NCBI GenBank assembly: GCA_003971905.1
Contig: RSEE01000030.1
Location: 186,001-250,000 of the forward strand
From: Moniliella sp. 'wahieum'
Taxonomy: Eukaryota
Direction: 5' to 3'
DNA: 64,000 nucleotides
Shown: positions 48,747 to 62,200 of the stretch, piece by piece
How the letters are laid out: each line of letters opens with the position of its first letter
Position numbering within the stretch: the stretch's first letter is position 1
The notes under the pieces: model-generated
What the model saw: only the letters and a program-made list of their open reading frames with translations
The model's database searches: none
What the model was told of the DNA's origin: nothing
Program-made: the position numbers and the translations under genes

Positions 48747-51700
48747 TCAACGTCCATTAATCATTGGCCCCCATCTGCGAATCGACATTTGGGGGAAAAG
48801 AAGATCATCATCAGTGCATCGGCCAACTTGAACAGCTCCCTTCAATTCGCCCACCGGTCCACCGTTGACGAGCGTGGGCTGCCCACAACACATCATCCCT
48901 TGACGGTGCCCCTTCGGCGGGGGAGCAAGCGACAGCCGCTCGAGCTGGTCCAACACCGACTGGGCATCCACAGTATCTCTCCGAGCTCGGGCACGGACAA
49001 ACACCAAAGGACAGACGAACGAGGCACAAGGTACGCCTTGGACGACGACGCTGGGGGTGCCTCTCCGGCCGCCTCGGGGGCTGGGGGCAAGGTGCTTGAT
49101 ACCCCATGCGGCCGAGGGAGGCAGCTTGGCACAGGAGGTGCACAGCTGGTCCAGCCCCGCGAGGCGACGGTGAAGGTCATGCACCCTCGCCGAAGCCGTG
49201 AGCAGGGTAGCTTGTGGATCCAGCAGACAATCGAGGCAAATGTCTTCTGTCCAAATGAGATTAGTTAGTGGATGGCCCAGCAGCTGGCTCCAAGGCACGC
49301 AGCAGAGGGCATGGGACGTACCTTTGTTGGACGGCAAACCACACACGGAGCAAACCCGAGCACGGTAGTGGCCTTCCAGGGTCAGTTTTTTCGTCCCATG
49401 CGAGGCGAGGCGGCGCGGCTTGGGACGGGGCATGGTTGCGAACCACTGGTGCACATCCACGCCAAGAAGGTTGAAGATCCTGGCTAGGGGAGGGAGGAGC
49501 GTACGCTCAATGTTACAGTGCATTCACTTGCACCTCGTCAGGCTGAACAAATGCTTCGGGGGGCAGCGCCAAGTCGACCAGCTTGGCTTTGGGTTCCCCT
49601 TGGGAGATGATGTAGGGTACTCGCTCTGCATAGAGCGCTTCCCGGCGTGGGTCAATCGCAGCCAACCGGGCTGCCACCGCCGCGCCGGGCGGGGGAGGCG
49701 CGCGAGTCGAATAACTGCCCATCCTCACTTCCTTGGCAAAGATCAGCTCCACGGATTCGTCTCTCCCACCATGAGTGACGTGAACTGTTGGAGAAGAAAA
49801 GACTTGACCTGGCTCAGGTCGCGCGTGGAGAACAAGAGTTCAAGACAGGTGCGTTGAATTCGCTGAAGAAGTGGGTGCCCATCTCTTCGAATCGTTTCCA
49901 GTCCCTTGACCTCCAACGCCCCTGGGGAGGACGGGAACTCAAACTTGCGCCCAGCGTATCTTTTCTTCGCCACCAGCACGCTCGGGTCATACACCTTTTC
50001 AAACTTGAGCGTAACTGGCGCTGGGTTGTCGGCCGTGACAGCAGCAGCCATTTCGTGGCCAAGGCGAAACGCGTCTTGCCGCGTTCGTCCAGGGAGATAA
50101 ACAAAGATCGAATCCGTATCGCCATATACCACCTGTGCTGCCCACTCGGGACGGGAAGTGATCATCCGGATGGCCCGCTCCAACGTCTCCCGCCCATACT
50201 GGACAATGGCGTCGGCGATTTCGACGCAGGGCATGCGTCCACTGAATGTGGCGCTCGTGTACCCGTACGTCACGTTGGCCAAAAGTTTGAGCGAAAGTTG
50301 ACGTGCGTTTTGTTTGCGTTTGAACGCATCGGTTCCGCTGGCCGCTGAGCTCGAACCATGATTCGGGTAGCCAACAACTCAGCAAGCATGCGACCCAGTA
50401 CGCCTTGCCGGACGGAGGCTTTGACAAACACAAGGCCGTTGGGTGAAACCGACAATTGATCAGGCCCGAGCTCACTTAGCAAGCCGAGAGGGAGCGGCAG
50501 CTGGGTAAAGCCAAGCTTAGGTGTGCCCTTAAAGTTCTCCACGACCAAGGCACGTAGAGTAGCAGAGATTGTAGGCAATCATCATGCTCGGATAAAGCGA
50601 CTGAAAGTCCAGCACCACCAGTGGCGCCGGGAAGAATGCACTAAGCGGCTCAAGGATCAAAGGGATGCACTCGGCTGCGTTTTGCGAAGCCACCTGTTCC
50701 ACTGATGGCGAGGGCATCATGTAATTCTCCATCTTGGCAATCCGCCCCATCACCGACTCGACCTTGAACTGCGATCCACGGCTCAGGACAGAGAAGAATT
50801 CAATCCCGTACACACGAGCAAACTCGCTGGTGCGCGATACCAGCTCCGACCGCTCGATCAACTCCAGCACCGTCTCGCCCGGCCCAATGTATAGCGCACC
50901 ACACGTTCCACCCATTCCATCCGTGGCCCTTCCCACCAACCCTGGAGTGTAAAGGGACCGAACTTGGGCACACGGTAGTGCAGCACATGATACACGATGC
51001 TTTCGTATGTGTATGAAGTCAGAGCCGCCTCGCTACGCATCAGGCGCCACAGATTAAGCACGTGTCGCCCTGACACCCGCAGCACTTCACCCACAGGCCC
51101 AACTGCGGGCGCAGCAGGGCCACGGCGAGCCGTTGGGCGAAGCCGGCCCAAGTCGGGCACTAGGTCCCATGCGTAGGCCTCCCGTGCTCGATCCACCAGA
51201 TAAGACCAAGATTGGTGGATGTTGTACCCGACCAAAATATCGGGATCCAGAGTTCGGACGAGCGAGACAAGGGCGGCCAACAAGGGTGCCTCTCCCGATA
51301 CTTCAAGGATCTGTGCCTTACTTCCCATCCGTCCCGTCAACGCAACCCCGTCCCGCTCAACGGCCAGTACACCCGTCGCACGATGGGACCCGACAAACGC
51401 ATATGCCACCATCTGGACCTCGTCCTGCGCCGGATCGGGCAGGCCGCCACGGGAACGCGCAAATACCTCAATGGCCAACTGCGACATGTCGGTAGTGCCT
51501 TCGGAAGAAGACAGCTCCTCAAGCCGGGCGCACGAAAGGAGAACTGGACCGAGGCATCGCCCGAGGCGGGCAGGTGTTCAAGAAGCGCTTGGTGCCGAGC
51601 TGTACGCTCTGCCTGCTCCCGACGCTCAACCCAGGCTCGCACTTGCGACGGACGCGGTGGATCCAAGGACCAAGTCCAGGCGTCGACGTGGTCTGTACCC

Positions 51701-53643
51701 ATAGGCTGGTCAAGGAGGATGCTCGCATCGGGGTCATTGTCCGTGTTGCGCACTGTGTGAACAAAATCAGGCAAAAAGGGGAGCGTAGGGGCTTGGAAAG
51801 TGAACTTGCGCCCGGCATACTCGCGGGGGCGAGGAGGCAAGTCAGCAGGATCGCTATAAAAAGCAGGTTGGTCCACTTGCCTGGTTAGGCCAAACTCGTT
51901 CAAGCTGTCCATCACCATCAGGCCGTTGGGGCCGGAAGAGAGAACTGCCAGGTAACCGGTTGTGATCGGCCAGCAGCCCGTGAGGGGCCGGGCGAGAGGC
52001 AAATGAAAATGAAAGACTTGCACCAGTATCGTGCCCATCTAGCCTGGACCGCTTAAACGGGGGTGAGGCTGGAGGTGAGTCATCCTCTCCTTCCAGTTCG
52101 CTTTGGCGTAGAGGGGAGGAACGATTAGGAGTAAATAGGCATCAAAAGCTCGCTTGTGAGGGGTAACACTTCCGGATGATGAAGCCCCAGAACGGCGAGA
52201 AGAAGGGTTAGCATCTGAATAACCATCTCCTTCACCCAACCATTCTTCCCCTTCCACGTCCTCTTCTCCTTCTTTCCCTTCTTCCGCATCATCATCTTCC
52301 TCCTCATTCACGTTCTGTAATTCCAAGGGAGGCAGGTCGGAATTGCGCGCCTCCATAGCCTGAAGCGTTTGGGCAAAGTGCTGCGTTCGAAAAAAGTCAA
52401 GATCTTGCTGGGTTTGAGGAGGAGGTAATTCGTCCTGATCTTGCAGCTTCTCTTCTTCCACTTGCTCCACATCTGGTTCGGGGCAGGGGGAGGCACAGTC
52501 ATGGGAGACGATGACGGCATCGCGCCTAACGGAGACGAGGGCAGCTGCCTCGATTTCCGTATGCGGGGAAGTGGGGAAGCGGAAGATTGAGACGATAAGA
52601 ACCTAGCCTCGTTCTGAGCTCGAGCAGCTGGAGAGAAGGGTTGGACCTGGATGTATAGGTGGCAGTGGGGCAGACAGACTCAAAAGCGGTAGGGATGGCA
52701 TGGGAAGCTTCAGGAGGAGGGCGAGCGAAACCAGGAACCGATCGATGCGTGTATGAAGCAGGTGTCTGTCTGCCTCAATACGGTTATACAGCGAACGCCA
52801 GAGTCGTTCGCTTGCCTGCCATTCAGGGCATTCTCCCGGCCCATAACGTCGGTGTTCACCGGTCGCTGCGGGAGGGGGGATAGTGGGCGGAAGGCCTGCT
52901 GCGACGCGGCGCGCCGATTCTTGCCGCCACAGAGCAGTGAGGGACGGGACCAGCCTCTGATCGGATGCAAGTGGGGGTTCGTTCAACTTGAGATGTACGT
53001 TTCGCTGGGTCAAATCGTGACGATTGAGAATATCAGTAACATGAGCATCAACCTCGATAGGACAGTAGGACTGCTTGGCTTGGTAGGCGTGCAGCTGGCA
53101 AGCCGAAGCAGATCGCACCCATACACATTAAAGTCGAGCAGCCACTGCAGCTGGAAGCGAATGTGAATCTCGTAAGGCTGGAAACGCGTGTTCATTACAC
53201 GACCGGAGAGAAGGATGGTGTGGATGCGCGAGTGCAGCGAAGGATCGTAGAAGGAGATCTTGAGGAAATACGACCAGCCACGTGATACCCATAGAAAGGT
53301 ACGGCCTTTACAAGCGTGATGGAGTGGAGGTAGCCATCGGAATCGGATGGGGGCGACGGAAGGAGGAGGCGAGGGCCGCATTGAGCTGGCGGTCGAGCTG
53401 GGCAATATAGGCGGCGGCAAACTCGGGCTCGAGGCGGTGAGGGTAGGGGATGTAGCAGTAGGGATACGCGCCGTGCAGATGCACGCACACCGTCTGGCAG
53501 TCGTCCGTTGTCCCGTACGCTCGCAGGATGGGCACGCGGCGTGCCCTGATACCCGGGTCGTCATGCAGCCCGGCGAGAGGGCATGTTCGAGATGGGTTAG
53601 CCGCAGCACAGGGCAGGCGGGTCGACGCGCACGCCAGACGCAT
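48747..53643 (-). CDS. REV3: DNA polymerase zeta catalytic subunit
   Basis: N-terminal VPILRAYGTT...VHLHGAYPYCYIPY and FQPYEIHIRFQLQWLLDFNVYG. Core motifs DPDILVGYNI, SRGSQFKVES, VLDFQSLYPSMMIAYNLCYST, ANVTYGYTSATFSGRMPC, YGDTDS, KKRYAG, AERVPY. C-terminal CysA/CysB (CSVC..CLDC; CTSC..CASFVC). Intron near 49245-49321. Confidence 0.96.
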
Positions 53644-53966
53644 CGGATGCAGATGGGGGTGGTGCTGGGGGGAGCGAGGATGCGGTGTGCCGGCAGCCAT
53701 GCCGTGGCCGCGGGCGGAGGCGGGGCGGTGGTGAGACGGCGGGACAGACGAGGAATGGGCGGGTGGTGGCGAGAGGCGATTTAAATGGGCGCGGCCTAGG
53801 CTGGGTGGATCACCGTCTATAAAATGCGGCCGTCCGACCGACAATTTCATTTGCCCCGCCAGCGCGTCTTCGTTCGGACGATTCCGCTCGTGGGGCAGCA
53901 AGTGTCCAGCATAACCTTCTTGCCGAACGCCTGCCGCCCCTTCGCCCCGCCCCACATCCCCAGCTG

Positions 53967-56900
53967 ATGCGAATCCTTGCCGCTCCCTGCTTGGGCGTGC
54001 TGCCGCCGCCTCCTCCGCCTGCCGCGCCTCCCTCGCCCGCGCCTCCCTTGCCCGCCCCGCCGTGGCCGCAGCAGCCCTTTCCCCGCGGCCGCCGCACCGC
54101 CCACTCAGCTCCTCCGCCGCCCTCGCCACCACCCACCACCACCACCTGGCTGTGTTCTCTCCGCACCCGCGCCCTAGCCCAAGCCCAGGCACAGACACAG
54201 TCCCAGTCCCGCACCCTGGTGCCAGCCCTTCGCTCCGCTCGGCCCGCCAGCGCCGCCCGTCTCGCCACGTCGGCCGTGGCACAAGCCACACCGGTGGCCG
54301 ACGCGGAGCAAGAAAGCGAGTGGCTCCGCCTGCCCCGTCACATTCGCCCTGCCCACTACGACTTGATCGTCAAGTCCGATCTCGAGGCGCTTACCTTCCA
54401 TGGTTTCACCATTACCGTCGACGTAGTCGAGGCCACCGACCGCGTGACGCTCAACGTGGGTCCCAAACTCAAAGTGAGCAAGGCCCATGTGCGGACCGCC
54501 GATGGCCACTCGATGCCGTCCTGCCTCTCTCCCTCGACCAGCAACATGAACGGGCAACGATTGTGCTCCCTGAGAAACTTGCAGTTGGCACCAAGCTACA
54601 GTGAGCATCGCCTTTGGCTCCGACCTGGACAACTCAATGGCCGGCATGTACCGCTCCACTTGGGCCCACGAGGGCAAGAGGGTTTCTATGCCCTGACGCA
54701 ATTTGAACCCACTGCGGCTCGACGTGCGTTCCCCTCGTTTGACGAGCCAGCACTAAAGGCGACAGTGAGCTTCCGCATGGTGCACCGTACCCCTACTGTT
54801 GCGGTGGCCAACATGCCTATCAGCCAACCGGCTCGCCCCATCTCGCTGGCGGAGCAAGACGAGTTGCTGCGGTTATCGGAACTGGGCTTGGATACCACTT
54901 CCATCGTGTCACCGTTGCGCAAGGACCAGCCTCCATCGGAAACCGAGTTGAAGCAAGACGAGTGGTCGCTTACCTCTTTTGATCAGGTGCCCAAATTATC
55001 CACCTACTTGATTGCGTATGGCAACGGCCCTTTGTTCACCTCACTTCCTCTTACACATCGCCTCTGTCTGGCGAAAAAATTGACCTCAAGATTTACACTA
55101 CCCGGAATACATTCATCAGGCCCAATTTGCCCTCGATTGCAAAGCGCGCGTGATGCCCGAGTACGAGAAGGTGTTTGGGATCGCCTATCCTCTCCCAAGC
55201 TCGACACACTTGTTGCGACCGACTTTGATGCCGGCGCAATGGAAAACTTTGGGCTGATCACAGGTGCGCATCCCATCCGCTATGTGCCTGTAAATGGAAT
55301 ACTGATCTCCTTGCCAGGCCGTACTTCCATTTACCTTGTCGACGAGAAGAAAGGCGGATTGAACTCAAAGAAGTTGTGTGCCAGTGTGCAGAGCCATGAG
55401 TGCTCCCACCAGTGGTTTGGTAACATCACCACCATGGAGTCTTTCCAAAGGTACGTTCTGTCATCCTGTAGGTAACCTCGTCCCGATCTAACGGTCTCCA
55501 TCGATCAGTTTGTGGTGCAAGAAGGCTATGCACGCTGGTAGGCGAGGTGATTATTTTGGACCGGTGTTGGCCAGAGTGGCACTCGGACCGCGAGTTTATT
55601 GTTTCCCACTTGGCACGTGCCTTGGAACTTGATGCCAAGCGGTCCTCTCATCCGATCCAAGTCCCTCTTCGAGGAGAAAATGTCGAGGCGGCAATCAACG
55701 AAATCTTTGATGCGATTTCCTACTCCAAGGGGCGTCGGTGCTACGCATGCTGAGCAAGATGGTGGGTGAGGATGTGTTCCTCAAGGGAACTTCCATCTAT
55801 CTCAATAACCACTTGTTCGCCAATGCTACCACGGACGACCTCTGGAAGGGCATCTCGGAGGCTTCCGGTCTGGATGTCTCAGCTATTATGAACAACTGGG
55901 TTCTCAAGCAGGGTTCCCCGTCTTGACTGTGACCGAGTCGGATGACAGCATTACCGTGCGGCAAAACCGCTTTTTGGCCACAGGTGATACCAAGCCCGAG
56001 GAGGACGAAACCTTGTGGTATGTGCCATTGGGACTCAAGACCATTTCGGCCACGGGGAACCGCAGGTGAACCATGAGCTGGTGCTCAACCAGGAGCGAGA
56101 GGTTACCATTCCTTTACCGCAGGCCCAAACAGCTGCATGGAAGCTCAACGCCGACACTGTTGGTGTGTACCGCGTAGCCTATTCCCCGCGCGCCTTGCGC
56201 TGCTGGGTCAGGAGGCAGCCAAGCCCAACTCTCTTCTCCCTCGAGGACCGGGTGGACTGGTAAACGACGCGCACACCTCGCCAAGGCCGGGTACGGGGAG
56301 ACGTCGGGCACGCTCAATCTGCTCCAAACGCTCTTGGGAGAAGCTTCCTTCTTGGTCAACTCGCGGCCCAGGTGGCCTTTAGCGAACTCAACTCGGTTTG
56401 GTACCAAGAACCCGCCAACGTCCAAGCTGCGCTGCGCAAGTTCCAGCGTGCGTTTTGGGCGCCGAAAGCCCAAGCTCTGGGCTTTGTGGGCAAGCCCGAC
56501 GACTCGGTTGAAGTGCAGCAGCTGCGTTCCTTGGTGCGCCCCCTTTCCCCTAGACCTCGCATGTGGCATCTATTCTGACTTTTTTTCAGGCCATTGGCGG
56601 CGCCGCCACTGCGGAAGACGAGTGGACGCTGAACGAGATTCAGCAACGCTATGCGGCGAGCATGGCTGGTGACGATCACAAGTCCCGCCCGACCTCTTGG
56701 TGCCTATCTACATGAATGCTGTCAAGAAGGGAGGCGAGAAGGAGTACGCATACCTCTACCAGGTGTATGGCAACCCACCGACGCCTGCCCACAAGGTAGC
56801 GAGCATGTATGGTCTGTGTGCGACCGAGGATCCAGCGCTGCTTGCGCGCACGATTGATTTCCTCTACTCGGGTCAAGTGAAGGAACAAGATTTCCTCCAC

Positions 56901-57213
56901 TTTTTCCGCGCGCTCTCCTCGCGCCCCGGGGCGGAAGGTGCTGTGGGAAGCGACGCAGGCCCTGGGGCGAGTTGACCACCAAGTTTGCTGGCAACTTTGG
57001 TATTAGCCGTCTGGTTGAATCCTCGTTTGATACACTTACTACCGAGGAAGAGGCCACCAGGTCACAGCCTTCTTTGCCAACAAGGACTGCACTCGCTTCA
57101 CCATGGCCCTGGGCCAAGGCCTCGAGTCGGTTCGCACGCGCGCTGCTTGGCTCACCCGCTCGCGGGATAATGTCAAGGTTTGGCTGGAGCAGAACGGATA
57201 CCTGTCTAGCTGA
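53967..57213 (+). CDS. M1-family zinc aminopeptidase (Ape2/Aap1, puromycin-sensitive type); start uncertain
   Basis: RLPRHIRPAHYDL, TQFEPTAARRAFPSFDEPALKA, GAMEN, HECSHQWFGN (HEXXH), SSHPIQV, IFDAISYSKG, KLNADTVGVYRV. Introns ~55264-55317, 55451-55508 and 56534-56589. The Arg/Ala/Ser-rich N-terminus suggests a mitochondrial presequence. Confidence 0.94.
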
Positions 57214-57445
57214 TCCATTCCCAGCATCTACACAACTGCCCCTCTCCAATGCATGGCGTGCGGGAAGAAAACGTCATTTGATGTAGTCGCTCCAGCTAAG
57301 GGCGAGAGGGGAGAACCGAAACACAGGGTGCGTGCGTGAGAGGAGGTAGGCGCCTACGAAAGGGAAACCGGATTGCTTGCCAGAGAAGATAGAGGAACAT
57401 GACTACGAAAACTGGTAACATGACCAGGGTAAACGTCGTCCCTCT

Positions 57446-58141
57446 CTAGCGGTCCTCAGCCCACTCGTTTTCTTTGCGCACCTGCGCCTCTTCCTCTGGC
57501 GTAAAGTCATTCTGAATGTTGAACACCTTGCGAATCTCCTCCACGCTCTTTCCTTTGATCATAAGAGCGACCGTGATGCAGCCCGCATCAAGGAGGGCGC
57601 GAATGTCGAGATAGTTGGCTGCCATAATGATCTCACACAGCATCTCCTGGTCCACGTTGAGGAACTTCTTGTCCCACTCGTTCACCTCGGGTGCCGCCTT
57701 GCGCGCCTCATCAGTCTCGTCCGACGAGGGGAGTGGGTCCTTGCGGTGGTGCTCACAGTACTCTAGCACCTAGTCACAGAAAGCACAGCATCAACACCTA
57801 CACATATCGCGGCCAAGTAGCCAGAGAGTGCGTACCTTTTCAGTACAGGGGCTGTGACATTCGGCAACGGGATAGGGAGGTCCGTCTCGCCAAGGTCTGA
57901 TCAAGCCAAGGGCAAAGAGGTCAGCAATTGAGGTTTAATTGGGGCTTAAGTTTGATATTGAAGTCCAGCGGTCAATGACCAGGGAACTCAGGGGCCGGGA
58001 TGGGGAGGGTGAGGGAGCACCAGGACTGAGAGTGATCGATGAACAGACATACCCTCAGCATCTGCTTGATGAGCCCAGACCGCTCGCCACGTCGCGGGCG
58101 ACGTCGAACGTCTCGTTGTCGGCAGTGGTGAGTTTGACCAT
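57446..58141 (-). CDS. SKP1: Skp1 (SCF ubiquitin ligase adaptor)
   Basis: Exon 1 [14 protein letters not shown]...SGLIKQML; exon 2 [15 protein letters not shown]; exon 3 VLEYCEHH...AANYLDI...[38 protein letters not shown]. Two introns at ~57898-58051 and ~57770-57835. Confidence 0.96.
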
Positions 58142-59293
58142 GGTGGCTGGAAGGGCAGGGAAAGGGGTGGTGGGAGGGGGAGGGCAAGGCATTCACGCGG
58201 CGCGGGTGGGGTAACGCCTTATTCCGCCGACGGGCGGAAGAGGAGGCCATGCCGAAGCGTAACCCTAGTGTCGAGTGAGCAGAGGGTGTGATCGATGACA
58301 GGAGCCGGCCACGCAGCCACAGCAGCGGGGGCTGCCCGGCCTGCGCGTATAGTTGGCAGGGGCGGGGCTTGGGGGCAGTATGCCCAGTAGGAGAGACGGT
58401 GGCGCAGGCTGCTGTTGTCGATTGGCCAACTGAGGAGGACACCGAGCAATGCCGTGGGTACACAGAGCTCATTTGGACTGTGGGCGGGCCAACGCCACTG
58501 CTACACAGCTTAGACCTCGCTTACGCCTCGCTACCGCGGGGTGAACGCATCCGTCGAGCTGTGTGCCCCTGTGCAGAGCGCACGCAAGACGGTCGAATTA
58601 ATGATCGACGCTGAGCGCAACGTAGAGCCTCAGGCTGGCGGAGTGCTGGGCCTCAGCGCCTCAGCGCTGAGCGAATGTACGTTGGACTTGCAGCAGCAGG
58701 GTAGCCGGTAGCCGGTATAGCGCAGGTACTCTCGCGCGCAAATGAGGTTATCGATATCTCGATTGCCGATTAATGACAGCTGTGGCGAAGGCCTCTGTTG
58801 CCCGCGCACGCCCACCTTGTAAGCGTCTCGCATCTTTTGAACTCAGCCGCATGGGCCTCCGTGCGACTGCTAGCAGCTTCGTCAGTCCGGGGGCGCCGGG
58901 TACCCAAGCATGAGCAGCTGCATCGAAAGAGCTGCAGTCGACTAGGAGAACTGCTATAGTACAGCCCGGCAAAATCCAGTCAGCCTCGGCAAGCCCTGTC
59001 CCCCCTTATTGTTCCGCCATCATCGTACCTCGCATCCTCCCCGCTCTCAGACAATAGCCAAGCCATCTTCTTTCCGGCCTTCTCTTCACGCGGCCCAGCT
59101 CCGCAAGGCCTCGGGGCAGTGCGAATGCGCAGCCCTCGCGTCGAGCCGGACGCGCGCAGCCAGCCACTAGTCACTGTCTCGCTGCTGGGCCACAAGGTGA
59201 CATATATGTCCGACGCGTCGGATCACCCCACCAACCAACCAGCCAACCCACTTCTCTCGCCACCACCGCCAAACAGCCGTAACCTACTACACT

Positions 59294-62200
59294 ATGACGT
59301 TTACACCATTCAACCCCCGCGGCGCCCATCAGCACCAACACCCTCGGCTCAGACGGCCCCCTCAACCGTCTCGAATGCCCGCCGCACCTCCCTGCTCATC
59401 CTCGGTCGTCGTCCAAGTTTAACGCCCAAGCAGCAACCATCTGCCACTGCACCCGCGTCGACGCGGACACTGCCTACCGCATCTGCGTCTCCATCCGCAT
59501 CCCCATCCGCATGCTCCCACCCCCCATTGGTATCCCATACATCCCTCTACCTCCCCCTCCTCTCCGCCCGAACTATCATCAATAGCGCCCTCCGTGCCCA
59601 TGTCCGGCGCGTCTGCCGGGCCTCTGATCCGTCCCGTCCTACCTCAAGTCCAGGCCAGTCGCCGCCCGCCCCACCACCAACGGTTTGCCCAACACGCCCG
59701 CTAACCACGGCCGCATATCGGCTTCTCCTGCTGGTTGCGACCACCTCATCCATCGCCACCAAGCCAGAACCTACCAATGCGCATCCTACCTCACATTCCC
59801 ATTCTGCTTCTTCCCGGGCCGACCAAACTGCTACTTGGTCGACAACCAGCTCGGCGACCGCGCGTTCCAAGCCGACTACCGGTCCAGCGAAAAGAAACGC
59901 GAGTTCAATGACCCCCGCTGGTAGGGCCGTGGAAGATTGGCGCGCTAATCGGGACTGGTGCGAGTGGTACGTGGTAGCAGGTGTACAGTGAGGATGCTCC
60001 CCAGTGACACACAACTGACCTGCCTCTCTTGCTCTCTTATCAGGTCATGTTCGCTTGGTCCACCATGTCAAGACGGGAGTCAAGGCTGCTGTCAAGGTCA
60101 TCCCACGGCACCAGTTGGCCACCAAGCTGGCCGCCAGCGGGTCCGGGCCTGAGGTTCAGAAGCGCCTTCAGAAGATGGAAATTGGCATTGAGCGAGAGAT
60201 TATCGTAATGCGTCTGATCAAGCACGATAATCGCTGTCTTTGATTGATGTGTATGAGAACGAGAAGGTACTGTACCTCATTATGGAGTACGTCGAGGGGG
60301 GTGAGTTGTTTGACCACCTTGTTGCCTCTGGCCGCCTTCACGTCGACACAGCTCGAGACTACTTTCGCCAGATTATGTTTGGTGTCGACCATTGCCATTC
60401 GTTCAACATCTGTCATCGAGATCTGAAGCCTGAAAACCTGTTGCTCTCAAAGGATAAGTGTCAAGTCAAAATCGCCGATTTTGGCATGGCAGCTCTGCAG
60501 CATTCAGGACGCATGCTGGAAACGTCATGTGGCAGTCCCCACTATGCCTCGCCGGAAATTGTGAGCGGCAAGCGCTACGTGGGTACAGCTACCGACATTG
60601 GTCCTGTGGGATCATCCTCTTCGCCCTCCTCTATGGCCGATTGCCGTTTGATGACCCCAACACAAGTTCTCTCCTTCGAAAGGTCAATCCGGTACTTCGA
60701 ATTCCCCCCTTATCCCCTGACGAAGCTGGGAAGGACCTAATCCGTCGTATGCTCGTGGTTGACCCGCGGAAGCGGTATACGATGGCGGAGATCTTTCATC
60801 ATCCATGGTTTACCAACTATGGACGTTTATCGTCTACCAACCCAGTGTCTGTTGTAACAGACCAAAGTCCAATTGAATGTCCCTTGCTTTGGGAGGAGGA
60901 TGACATCTTTCGTGGCCTCACCTACCTCTTCCAAGGGTACAGTGAGAGAAACTCCAAGCCGAGTTGTTCGCCCGATGACACACAGCCGAAGCGCCTCTAC
61001 CGTCTTTTACTCAAAGATCAGCTTGCGGCCGAAGAGGAGGAAGATGAGGACGAAGGAGAAGACACTGTCACTACATTCTCCAATGGATCAACGGACGTTC
61101 CAGCAGCTGGTCTGTCTCCATCAAGTGACTCGACCCGCACATCCAAAGCTCTTAGCTCTCCTTTGACTTCCTATACACTGATCCATCACCTGGCGCCAGC
61201 CCCCTACCCCTACCCACGACCTAAAGACCAATAAGCTGGCCGATTCCACCGCCAGTGGCAAGGGGATACCACTGCCACGTACGGGCCTTCTCAAGGAGCT
61301 GATGTACTAGGGGCGGAAGCTTTAGCATCGCTGCAGACCTACACCATGCGCCAAACCCACGGACGTACGCATTCCTTTGCTACCTCACCCCCCGTTTCCC
61401 CTTCGGCTGCATTGGCTCTAGAACAAACGGGCTACGCCCATCACCGTCCCGCTTTCCCCCAAGTCCACCTGCCCATCCATCTCCTCTGGTTCTGTTCCAG
61501 TTCGATTATGGAACGTCCTCCTTTCCTTAGCCGTCCGCCCATCCCGCCTACTTTCATGCGAGAAAGAGGCGCAGTCCTCGCTCCCAGTTCCGCAAAGACC
61601 GCTAACGCGATCCCCGCTCAATATACCGTCCCTCAAGTAGGGGACAGCGCGGCGGCGCAGCTTTTCTTCAAGGAAGTAGCAGCGGAGCTCGCCCTGATCC
61701 GTGCCGAGGGTGGCAACTCCAAATGTGCCAATGGTCTTCCATCTGGCGTTGAGAAGACACAAAGCGTGGGTTCCTGTTCCACATTGGGTCGAACCCGCCA
61801 ATCTTCGCACCCCGGTACCCCCTTGGCGCAGACGTCTGCCCCACCGCAAGCGGCTGCCCCCCCGACTGTTGCGCCATCCAGTCTAATGGCCAAACCCTCA
61901 CTTTCGGCCCCATTGATTCTACCTTATCGGCTCCTTCCACTCCAGCAAAGGGCGCGTTGCGCTTACCTAGCTCTAGTCGGCGGGCCTCCCTGAGCAGCAC
62001 AACTAACTGGGTTCGGTCCGGTGCCATCACGCCTCGAAGTGACCAATTCCAAGATGCGGACGAGGACGAGCCGGAGGCAGAAAATCAGGATGGGTTGGCC
62101 GAGACCGGATCCTTGGCCCCCTCGGTTCCCTCGGCCTTTCCTCCTACCCCCAGATCGGTCACCCCCGTATCCCATGGTAGGACCAGTGCCCTGGCCGCGT

